Source of the DNA: Candidatus Nanobsidianus stetteri
Lineage (GTDB): Archaea; Nanobdellota; Nanobdellia; Nanobdellales; Nanobdellaceae
Assembly: GCA_000387965.1 (NCBI GenBank)
Contig: APJZ01000001.1
Coordinates: 120,001-152,000, forward strand
Length of the DNA: 32,000 nt
Direction of reading: 5' to 3'
Shown here: one piece after another, positions 25,130 through 32,000 of the stretch
How the letters are laid out: each line of letters starts with the position of its first letter
Numbering within the stretch: the first letter of the stretch is position 1
Position numbers and translations under genes: made by a program
Notes under the pieces: generated by a model
Told to the model about the DNA's origin: nothing
Databases searched by the model: none
The model's input: the letters and a program-made list of their open reading frames with translations, nothing else

Positions 25130-26113
25130 ATGGAAAAGATATATAATGAAGATCTAAAATTAATATCAAGAGAATATGATGTAAGAACTTTGTTTAATAA
25201 TGAATTTGAGAGATTTATAATTGAAGAAAGAATTGATCCAATAACCAATTTTAAGGTAAGAATAAACAAATCTATAAAAAGTAAACCAAGAAGTTATGGA
25301 AGAATATATTCAAAAAAATCAAAATGTCCTTTTTGTAATCCTGAAAAAGAGACTCCAGATTTTGAATTTTCTAAAAAAATATTCATTGGAGACTCAGTCC
25401 TCTTTTCAAATAAATATCCATACGGAAAATATCATGCAGTATTAGTTCCAAATTATAAAAAACATGTAAAGAGCTTTTCTCAAATAAGTTATTTGGATCT
25501 TTATAATTCATTCATGCTAATAAAAGAATTCTATGAAAAAATACCTGAAAAGGATTACAAATATATATTTATTAACCTAAATAAGGGATTTTCTGCAGGT
25601 GCATCACAAGAACATCTACATTTCCAAATATTGATTGAAAAAGAGCCAACAAATTATTTTAGAATTTATCTAGATAAATCTAACAAATATTTTGATAAAT
25701 ATAAAAAATTCTTTATAGAGGATTATTTCAATTTTGAAAAACAATTAAATGAGAGAATTATATTAGATGGAATAATTAAATTATGGTCTTCCTTTGCTCC
25801 ATTTAGAAATAATGAATTAATTGGATATATTGATACATTTGGTATATTTTTCCTATCACAGAATAAATTTGAAGAATTTATAAAAACGCTATATAAAATT
25901 TTAATCACATATGAAAAATTGTATGAGAACTTTAATTTAGTTATATTTGATACAACACTATTAAGAGAATCGAGATCTTATCCAATTATTAAAATATCAC
26001 AAAGACCTTTATTTGATATTGGTTATATGGAAATTTGTCATTTAGAATATGTTGTTTCATCAATACCTGAAGAAACTGCAAAAGAGTTTAAGGAAAATTT
26101 AGAGAGAATTTAA
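25130..26113 (+). CDS. galT: galactose-1-phosphate uridylyltransferase-like HIT-superfamily nucleotidyltransferase
   Basis: 327 aa. Zn-knuckle CPFCNPEKE, NKYPYGKYHAVLV, and active-site GASQEHLHFQIL (the H-x-H-x-Q of the GalT branch). Confidence 0.7.
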   Translation: MEKIYNEDLKLISREYDVRTLFNNEFERFIIEERIDPITNFKVRINKSIKSKPRSYGRIYSKKSKCPFCNPEKETPDFEFSKKIFIGDSVLFSNKYPYGKYHAVLVPNYKKHVKSFSQISYLDLYNSFMLIKEFYEKIPEKDYKYIFINLNKGFSAGASQEHLHFQILIEKEPTNYFRIYLDKSNKYFDKYKKFFIEDYFNFEKQLNERIILDGIIKLWSSFAPFRNNELIGYIDTFGIFFLSQNKFEEFIKTLYKILITYEKLYENFNLVIFDTTLLRESRSYPIIKISQRPLFDIGYMEICHLEYVVSSIPEETAKEFKENLERI

Positions 26114-26737
26114 TGAAAATTCTGATAATTCATAAACTGTATAACTAAATTCATAATAATCTGGTTTAGATAGCTCAGTTATATTCTCATTTTTATCTTT
26201 TTCCTTCTCTCTCAAAGTCATAAATTTAAAAGCTGGTTGATACACAAATCCATATTTGTTAGAAATAGATTGTCCAAAGATAATACTTTCATCAATTTCT
26301 TCAATTATTTTATTATAATCATCTATTTTTCTTTTGAAATATATTAATATTTTCGCATACTTTCTTGAGGGATCTAGATATGAGTTTACAACTCTTTTAT
26401 ATATATCAATAGCCCGAGTTTCTATGTTTATTGTTATATCTGCAACTTTCTCTATATTTTTATTTAACTCTCTTATATAATTGCCAAAAATAGTACTGTA
26501 AGTATTAGTGTTATAATCATATTCTCTGTGATATATATATCTAACATCAAATCCTCTTCTTATTTCCGATAGTTTAGCGCCAACACTTTCTGCATTATGT
26601 CCCTTACCTTTTAAATCCATTATTATCCATATATATTCTCCCCAATCACCTAAAGTAAATGAATATTTAGCTGTTTCACTAACCAGTTCTATAAGCATCT
26701 CATCCAATGTTTGGGATTGAATTTTTTCATCTCTCAT
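26099..26737 (-). CDS. hypothetical protein
   Basis: 212-aa ORF with no motif recognised. Converges on galT with a 15-nt overlap and is divergent from ORF 26818-27249. Confidence 0.45.
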   Translation of the reverse strand: MRDEKIQSQTLDEMLIELVSETAKYSFTLGDWGEYIWIIMDLKGKGHNAESVGAKLSEIRRGFDVRYIYHREYDYNTNTYSTIFGNYIRELNKNIEKVADITINIETRAIDIYKRVVNSYLDPSRKYAKILIYFKRKIDDYNKIIEEIDESIIFGQSISNKYGFVYQPAFKFMTLREKEKDKNENITELSKPDYYEFSYTVYELSEFSLNSL

Positions 26738-26817
26738 AAAGGATAACTATTATAAAAATATCTATAAATTTTTATAATATCTGAAAATTCATAATTACAT
26801 AAAAACTCTTTTTTATT

Positions 26818-27249
26818 ATGTCAATATTATTTTATAAAGCATACAGGATTTTTATATTAGATGATAATAATTTATTAGATTATGAAAGAGTTAAAAATAA
26901 TATAAAATTTTGGGAAAAATGGATAAAGGATCTTAAGAAAGAATTAAATAATCAACATAAAATAGTTCTTGATAGATTAGAATCCCTTAAAGAACTTAGA
27001 GGGAAAATAGAAAGATTAAGGGGAGAAATAAAAATTGGAAATTTATTAATTCCATTATTTTCTGATAGAGTAAATATAGATATAAGGATTATATTTTCTA
27101 TATTTAATAATACAAATATAATTATTGTTTGGGGAATAGATCATCACGAAAAAGCTTATGGAAAAATAATAAAACATGCTGAAGGTTTTATAAAAAAACA
27201 TCAAAAATTAATATTAGAACTTTTGGGAATAAAAACAATATATAGATAA
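26818..27249 (+). CDS. hypothetical protein with a RelE/ParE-like C-terminal region and an N-terminal coiled-coil extension
   Basis: 143 aa. LRGKIERLRGEIKIGN...IDIRIIFSIFNNTNIIIVWGIDHHEKAY loosely resembles the RelE/ParE pattern (l.G...yRlriG.yRiiy.i......i.i..i.hh...Y). Weak, by-eye assignment only. Confidence 0.4.
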   Translation: MSILFYKAYRIFILDDNNLLDYERVKNNIKFWEKWIKDLKKELNNQHKIVLDRLESLKELRGKIERLRGEIKIGNLLIPLFSDRVNIDIRIIFSIFNNTNIIIVWGIDHHEKAYGKIIKHAEGFIKKHQKLILELLGIKTIYR

Positions 27250-27253
27250 AAAA

Positions 27254-28606
27254 CTATGGATATAGCCAGCTTCCCCTTAATCTTGGGAATGGTTGTGTAT
27301 CTCTAATATGATCCAATTTACATATCCATCTTAAGAATCTTTCAATACCCAATCCCATTCCAGAATGTGGAACAGAACCATATCTTCTTAAATCTTCATA
27401 CCATTCATATGCACTTATTTCCTCATTTCCAACCTTAACCTTAAATTTATCTAATCCCCATTCTTCAATTTTCTTATGTAATATATCATATCTCCATTCC
27501 CTCTCAGATCCTCCAATTATTTCCCCATATCCCTCTGGAGCAAGTAAATCGAAGTTCTTTACAGTTCCATCTCCAACTTCATACATATAGAATGCTTTTA
27601 CTTCTCTTGGATAATGTGTAACAAATACTGGTACATCAAATTGTTCTGTTAATAATCTTTCTTCATCAGATCCAAAATCATCTCCATATTTTATATTTAC
27701 TCCTAGATCTTGTAATTTCTTTATCGCATCTTTATATGTAATAACTTTCCATGGTTTTTCAACAAATTGTTTTAATTCGCTTATATCTCTTCCTGTAATA
27801 CTTTTTAATTCTTCAAATTCGGATTTTCTTTCTTCAATTGTTTTTTCAATCGAATATTTTAATGATTCCTCCATAACTTTAATAATATCCTCCACATGAT
27901 ACCATGCAGCTTCAATTTCAAAATGCCAATATTCATGTAAGTGTCTTTTAGTTCTAGATAATTCTGCTCTAAATGATGGTGTTAATGAATAGACTTTTTC
28001 TAATGCAAATATTAAAGCTTCTAAATATAATTGAGCAGATTGAGATAAATATGCCTTATCTTCAAAATATTTTACTTCAAATAATTCTGTAGTGTTTTCT
28101 GCAGCGTTTCCGACTAATATTGCTGGTGTTACTTCATACCATCCATCCTTTATAAACCAATCTCTAAGATGTACAATTAGACTATGCTTTATTTTCAATA
28201 CATCTGTAAACCACCTAGTTCTTATCCATAGATGTCTATACTTTTGTATTGTATCTACATCTTCATCCCCTTTTAATGGGAATGGTTTTCCATAATCATA
28301 TACTTTTATTTCCTTTACTTCTATTTCATATCCACCAGGTGCTCTCTCATCTTTTCTTAATATTCCCTTTACTTCTAAAGAACCTTCAATTTGGAATTTT
28401 GTTGCATCTTCCCATGTTTTTTGATCAACACTCTCTTTTTTTACAACTGCTTGTATTATTCCTGAAGAATCTCTTATTACAAAGAAAACTTTATCCTTCA
28501 TATCCCTCATTCTATAAACCCATCCTTTTATACTAACCTCCTTACCTAAAAAATCTTCCTTCAAAATATCTTTTATAAACAAAGTTTTCATCATAAATTC
28601 ACTCAT
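27254..28606 (-). CDS. asnS: asparaginyl-tRNA synthetase
   Basis: 450 aa. N-terminal OB fold (VSIKGWVYRMRDMKDKVFFVIRDSSGIIQAVV), motif 2 FRAELSRTKRHLHEYWHFEIEAAW (AsnRS-type E[FY]W..E.E.A), and C-terminal RRYGSVPHSGMGLGIERFLRW...IRDTQPFPR. Confidence 0.82.
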   Translation of the reverse strand: MSEFMMKTLFIKDILKEDFLGKEVSIKGWVYRMRDMKDKVFFVIRDSSGIIQAVVKKESVDQKTWEDATKFQIEGSLEVKGILRKDERAPGGYEIEVKEIKVYDYGKPFPLKGDEDVDTIQKYRHLWIRTRWFTDVLKIKHSLIVHLRDWFIKDGWYEVTPAILVGNAAENTTELFEVKYFEDKAYLSQSAQLYLEALIFALEKVYSLTPSFRAELSRTKRHLHEYWHFEIEAAWYHVEDIIKVMEESLKYSIEKTIEERKSEFEELKSITGRDISELKQFVEKPWKVITYKDAIKKLQDLGVNIKYGDDFGSDEERLLTEQFDVPVFVTHYPREVKAFYMYEVGDGTVKNFDLLAPEGYGEIIGGSEREWRYDILHKKIEEWGLDKFKVKVGNEEISAYEWYEDLRRYGSVPHSGMGLGIERFLRWICKLDHIRDTQPFPRLRGSWLYP

Positions 28607-28660
28607 TCCGACCTTCCATAAATAGTAGGTATTTAAAAATATGTTTATAAATTTTAAAGA

Positions 28661-28930
28661 ATGAAGGCTGTAAAGATAATTATATATGGAAAAGTCCAGG
28701 GTGTTGGATTTAGGAATTTTGTATTTTTACATGCTAAAAAATTAAATATTAGAGGATATGTAAAAAACAATCCTGATGGTACTGTTGAAGCTGTTTTTGA
28801 AGGAGATGAGGATAATATAAATAGGATGATTGAATTATGTAAAAAGGGACCTGAAAGAGCTAGAGTTGATAAAATTGATATAAAAGATATAGAAATTAAT
28901 AATTATCAAGATTTTAAAATAATAAGATAA
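28661..28930 (+). CDS. acyP: acylphosphatase
   Basis: 89 aa. IYGKVQGVGFRNFV...RGYVKNNPDGTVEAVFEGDE...GPERARVDKI. Confidence 0.88.
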   Translation: MKAVKIIIYGKVQGVGFRNFVFLHAKKLNIRGYVKNNPDGTVEAVFEGDEDNINRMIELCKKGPERARVDKIDIKDIEINNYQDFKIIR

Positions 28931-28962
28931 ACCTTATATAATATCAAGATTTTTATATAATT

Positions 28963-29352
28963 ATGGAAAAGAAAGAAGATGAAAATATTTCACCGGAGGA
29001 GGAGGAAATATATGAAAAAATTGTTGAAAATTTAAAAGAAACTTATCAATTAAAGGAAAACGATAATAAAGATATAGAGAACTTTAATAAAGAATATGCA
29101 AGTATGTTTGAATATGAAAATAAATTATATAATTATTTAGATCAACTTGCTGGAAATATTGGTAAATATAACAAAAAATATTATAAAAAATTAAATAAAG
29201 AATTGGATAAATATAAAAAAGCATATGAAAAAAGTTTAAAAAATACATTGTCTATATTTAAAAAAATAATTAACAAAAGAATGAAAATAAAAAAACATAT
29301 AGAAAAAACCATAAAATTAATGAAGGAATTAGAAAAATATAAGGGACCGTAG
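28963..29352 (+). CDS. hypothetical K/E-rich coiled-coil protein
   Basis: 129-aa ORF of low complexity. Its last 10 nt overlap the 5' end of tRNA-Val. Could be real or an AT-bias artefact. Confidence 0.35.
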   Translation: MEKKEDENISPEEEEIYEKIVENLKETYQLKENDNKDIENFNKEYASMFEYENKLYNYLDQLAGNIGKYNKKYYKKLNKELDKYKKAYEKSLKNTLSIFKKIINKRMKIKKHIEKTIKLMKELEKYKGP

Positions 29353-29415
29353 TCTAGTGGCTATGATGCCGCCCTGACTAGGCGGAGGTCCGGGGTTCAA
29401 ATCCCCGCGGTCCCA
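29343..29415 (+). tRNA. tRNA-Val (anticodon GAC) with an unusual U at position 37, no encoded CCA
   Basis: GGGACCG-UA-GUCU-AGUGGCUA-UGAU-G-CCGCC-CUGACUA-GGCGG-AGGUC-CGGGG-UUCAAAU-CCCCG-CGGUCCC-A. Folded by hand. The acceptor stem is identical to that of tRNA-Pro. Confidence 0.85.
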
Positions 29416-29628
29416 TTTATAATTCTTATATATAAAATAGCAATATATAAATAATTTATCAGAGTATATAAATACCAAAAATTTACAAAAAGTGGAAAAA
29501 GTTTTGACGGAAAGATAAATCTTTTATAATATTTAATTAAAGAATCTCTATCCATTTTATTTCTTTATCTTTATAAGTTTATATTATTCAAATGTTCTTT
29601 TAAACTTTATTTATAATTAGTAATTATT

Positions 29629-30381
29629 ATGAGAACTTCAAAAATGGATGAATTATTGGCAAGAATTCATGTAAAAAGTTATGAATCAAATCAACCAATA
29701 TTACAAACAGTTATAGAAAATGATTCTATTTTATCTCTTTTAATGAAAATATCTAAGGGACAATTATCTAAAAACGATATAGATTTATATTATAGTACCA
29801 TTTTATATCTTATTAGACAAAATTTTATAATAAAAGAAAATAATGGATATTATCTAAAAGATAATAGTAAGGCAATAATTGAAAAAATCAAATATGAATT
29901 AGAATTATTAAAAAATATCAATAATGAAAATCTAGATGGTATAGATACATATAGTTTATTAGAATTTGCTTGTGAAAATATAGTAGAAATTAATAGATCA
30001 AAGAAAATAAAATATCCTTTCTCTTATATAATATTTCGACACTACAACCAACAAGATCCTTTTACATCATATTTTATAGGAAGAAATGGAATAATATTGA
30101 TATCTTTATACTCTTTATCATGTAAAAATAGAGAGTGTTATAATTGGTGGTATCCACCAAAACAAATAAAGAAATTTTTATTTAATGATATACCCAAATG
30201 CTATGATATTCTTAGAAACAAATTAGATATTACTCCCTTAGTAAAATTTGGGCTTGTATATCAAAGGGTAGGAGGAAATGATAGATCAAGATATAAATTA
30301 TCCGAAGAGGGTTATAATGTCACAAAATTTATATTAAAAAATCTTGAATCAGCAATTGTATACCAACAAAAATTTCAGTAA
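29629..30381 (+). CDS. hypothetical protein with two winged-helix-like segments (possible DNA-binding protein)
   Basis: 250 aa. YSTILYLIRQNFIIKENNGYYL and LVKFGLVYQRVGGNDRSRYKLSEEGYNV resemble wHTH recognition helix plus wing. By-eye call only. Confidence 0.4.
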   Translation: MRTSKMDELLARIHVKSYESNQPILQTVIENDSILSLLMKISKGQLSKNDIDLYYSTILYLIRQNFIIKENNGYYLKDNSKAIIEKIKYELELLKNINNENLDGIDTYSLLEFACENIVEINRSKKIKYPFSYIIFRHYNQQDPFTSYFIGRNGIILISLYSLSCKNRECYNWWYPPKQIKKFLFNDIPKCYDILRNKLDITPLVKFGLVYQRVGGNDRSRYKLSEEGYNVTKFILKNLESAIVYQQKFQ

Positions 30382-30644
30382 ATAATTTATTATTAAAATA
30401 TCTAAGCTAACTTATTATGACAAAATTAATCATATTAGTTTTAAAAAGTTAGAATTATTATCCAACACCAAATGGAATTAAAGAATTAATAAAAATAAAA
30501 TATACATATTCAAAGGTACTTGAAAAACATAGATTAATTGAAAGAATTTTATATTCAAGTTAAAATTTATTAACAAAATATGAAGAGATTGTTTCTAGAC
30601 ATTTATCATTACAAACTTATATAGCACATTATTTAATTTAAATT

Positions 30645-31120
30645 ATGGGAAAAAATTTATTGGATGAAAAATATTTAGAAAATTATTTGAATAAACTAGG
30701 TATAAAATTCCAAATTATTAAATATGAAAAACCTGTTATTTCTACAAAAAATGCTGAACAACAGATTAATGGAATTATTGCAAAGAGTATTTTATTAATT
30801 TGCGATAATAAACCTTTATTATGTTTTTTATTGGGAAAAGATTTAATTGATTTAAATAAAATAAAGAAATATTTTAATTGTAATGAAGTAAGATTAGCTA
30901 AGGCAAAAGAAGTAAAGGAAATTACTGGATATGATATAGTTCTGTACCACCTATAGGTTTAAAACAAAAGATAAGAACAATTGTTGATAAAAGTATAATT
31001 GATCTAAATGATGATCAAATAATATATTGTGGAGGCGGATCACATTATCATCTATTAAGAATTTCAAAAAAAGATTTACTTAAAGTTATGGAATATGAAG
31101 TATATGATATTAAGGTCTAA
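30645..31120 (+). pseudogene. YbaK/ProX-type aminoacyl-tRNA deacylase gene interrupted by a 1-nt frameshift near 30939-30940
   Basis: Frame A (30645-30956) ends ...EITGYDIVLYHL*. Shifting one frame at GATATAG|TTCT gives SVPPIGLKQKIRTIVDKSIIDLNDDQIIYCGGGSHYHLLRISKKDLLKVMEYEVYDIKV* (stop at 31118-31120). Together these restore the family motif TGY.(G)S.PP.G...GGG. One G of an expected GGT codon appears to be missing. Confidence 0.7.
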
Positions 31121-31310
31121 TTTTCTTAAAAACAGCCTTTAATGGTAAAACACCCTTTTCATATTCTATTTCTGCAATTTTTACTGGATTATATCTTATT
31201 CTTTCCAGATCTTCTTTAGATAATTTTACCATCATAGGAGCTCCCATTGCAATTTGTATTGCCCTCGCACCAATTAATCTGGCTAAAGCAAACTTAGAAA
31301 TATCATTCAT
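31110..31310 (-). CDS. rpoK: DNA-directed RNA polymerase subunit Rpo6 (RpoK)
   Basis: 66 aa. KFALARLIGARAIQIAMGAPMMV...NPVKIAEIEYEKGVLPL matches the RpoK/RPB6 core. Confidence 0.88.
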   Translation of the reverse strand: MNDISKFALARLIGARAIQIAMGAPMMVKLSKEDLERIRYNPVKIAEIEYEKGVLPLKAVFKKIRP

Positions 31311-32000
31311 TGTATTTTCTTTAATAAATAATCTTTAAACTTTTCCGCTTCTGATAATAAATTATTGAATTCTTCTAAAGATATTGAACCTGATTTTCTT
31401 GTTTGTAATGCATTTATTTTATCTGATAATCCAATATGTACAATCATATCCGCAGCTTCTTCTTCGTATTTATTTGGATCTACAACAAATTTATCATCAA
31501 TTTTTGCAAATGAAACCATTAATGGAATATTTTTATTTAATGGTAATTTTTTATTTGTTTTATTTTTTGGATTTATCTTATATTCACCATTTTCTTTAAT
31601 TAATTCTGGAAAATATGTATTCATTAATGCGCATACAGATGCTAAAGTTGATGCATCAATTATATTCCCATCATTATTTAATACATATATATCTAATAGT
31701 ACAGACCAAACATATTTACCTGGTTCTATTACCAATTCTTTATCATTAATGAATCTAGATTCCCTTAATACTCTATCTACGACCCTTGAATATTCTATAG
31801 ATTCTTCTGAAGGTCCTATATCAACATTAACATCAGAAACTGGAGATAAATTTACTGTTGTTACTAAAATACCTGAATCTTCATTATCTTGAAATGGTTC
31901 TGCTATTTCTAATTTTACCCCAGCTAAAACTTTTGTTTTTCCAAGTTCTAAATAGCAAGATCCTTCTGCATTCTTTACATAATTTTTTATTATTTTTATA
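31307..32000 (-). CDS. rrp42: exosome complex component Rrp42 (RNase PH-like), 5'-truncated by the window edge
   Basis: The track lists 31307-31735 from an internal Met, but the same minus-strand frame stays open to the window end. My hand translation reads IKIIKNYVKNAEGSCYLELGKTKVLAGVKLEIAEPFQDNEDSGILVTTVNLSPVSD...IEYSRVVDRVLRESRFI...VWSVLLDIYVLNNDGNIIDAS. Its stop overlaps the rpoK start (ATGA). Confidence 0.82.
   Translation of the reverse strand, partial: IKIIKNYVKNAEGSCYLELGKTKVLAGVKLEIAEPFQDNEDSGILVTTVNLSPVSDVNVDIGPSEESIEYSRVVDRVLRESRFINDKELVIEPGKYVWSVLLDIYVLNNDGNIIDASTLASVCALMNTYFPELIKENGEYKINPKNKTNKKLPLNKNIPLMVSFAKIDDKFVVDPNKYEEEAADMIVHIGLSDKINALQTRKSGSISLEEFNNLLSEAEKFKDYLLKKIQ

Noticed and set aside
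29343-30644. An integrated element at tRNA-Val (hypothetical wHTH gene 29629-30381 and ORF fragments in 30382-30644 lie downstream of the tRNA).
   Set aside because: There is no integrase and no direct repeat of the tRNA 3' half anywhere in the window. The only similar sequence is the unrelated tRNA-Pro acceptor/T arm.
2978-31892. Many track ORFs lie antisense to, or nested inside, well-supported genes: 2978-3196, 3207-3431, 5238-5528, 6086-6577, 9156-9338, 9238-9564, 13146-13343, 13752-14018, 16448-16945, 17843-18025, 18701-19006, 19701-19931, 22993-23262, 23995-24222, 25723-25908, 28092-28295, 28249-28536, 31365-31892, 31384-31599.
   Set aside because: They are shadow ORFs opposite or nested within genes that carry clear family motifs. 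Their translations are low-complexity (F/L/I/Y/S-rich), and AT-rich DNA generates long antisense ORFs by chance.
1-32000. CRISPR arrays, rRNA genes, IS elements, integrases and other recombinases.
   Set aside because: I found no regularly spaced direct repeats of 24-40 nt, no rRNA-like GC-rich stretches and no transposase or integrase motifs in any ORF. The only periodic repeats are the cassette junctions at 10.6-13.0 kb (period 730-880 bp, protein-coding).

Overview
Extremely AT-rich archaeal chromosome segment (GC looks like the mid-20s percent by eye; not computed). The tRNA and small-RNA genes stand out as GC-rich islands. That pattern, the scrambled operons and the many N/K/I/Y-rich proteins suggest a thermophilic, reduced-genome archaeon of the Nanoarchaeota/DPANN type; the lineage is inference only. 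The window reads as follows. (1) 0.7-9.6 kb is housekeeping: a Trm5-family tRNA methyltransferase, a minus-strand tRNA-Pro / C/D box sRNA / tRNA-Arg cluster, uL3, eL20 (LX), prefoldin alpha and aIF6. It also holds a partial archaellum operon (arlC/D/E-like, arlF/G-like, arlH, arlI, with no arlJ or archaellin adjacent) and TyrRS. (2) 10.2-18.0 kb is an accessory, defence-like block and the best candidate for something new. It contains a second C/D box sRNA. It also holds three tandem, fast-diverged paralogous ~200-aa genes, each behind a near-identical 55-nt upstream element and bounded by the same T-tract. Next come an archaeal AAA+ ATPase with a DUF234-type C-terminus carrying a PD-ExK-like motif, and, divergent from it, a 1121-aa single-chain type IIG (MmeI/PglX-like) nuclease-methyltransferase. 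(3) 18.2-19.9 kb holds an AsnRS-derived archaeal asparagine synthetase (AsnA-like) divergent from an Lrp/AsnC regulator. (4) 19.9-24.9 kb holds an orphan P-loop NTPase, a compositionally distinct two-TM protein, a non-coding stretch with an 18-bp perfect palindrome and phased AACCATG repeats, and a minus-strand membrane cluster (LemA, GIDE-like protein, two paralogous polytopic proteins). (5) 25-32 kb holds a GalT-like HIT enzyme, two unknown genes, AsnRS, acylphosphatase, tRNA-Val, a double wHTH-like protein, a frameshifted YbaK-type deacylase gene, Rpo6/RpoK and 5'-truncated Rrp42. I saw no CRISPR array, rRNA, integrase or transposase.
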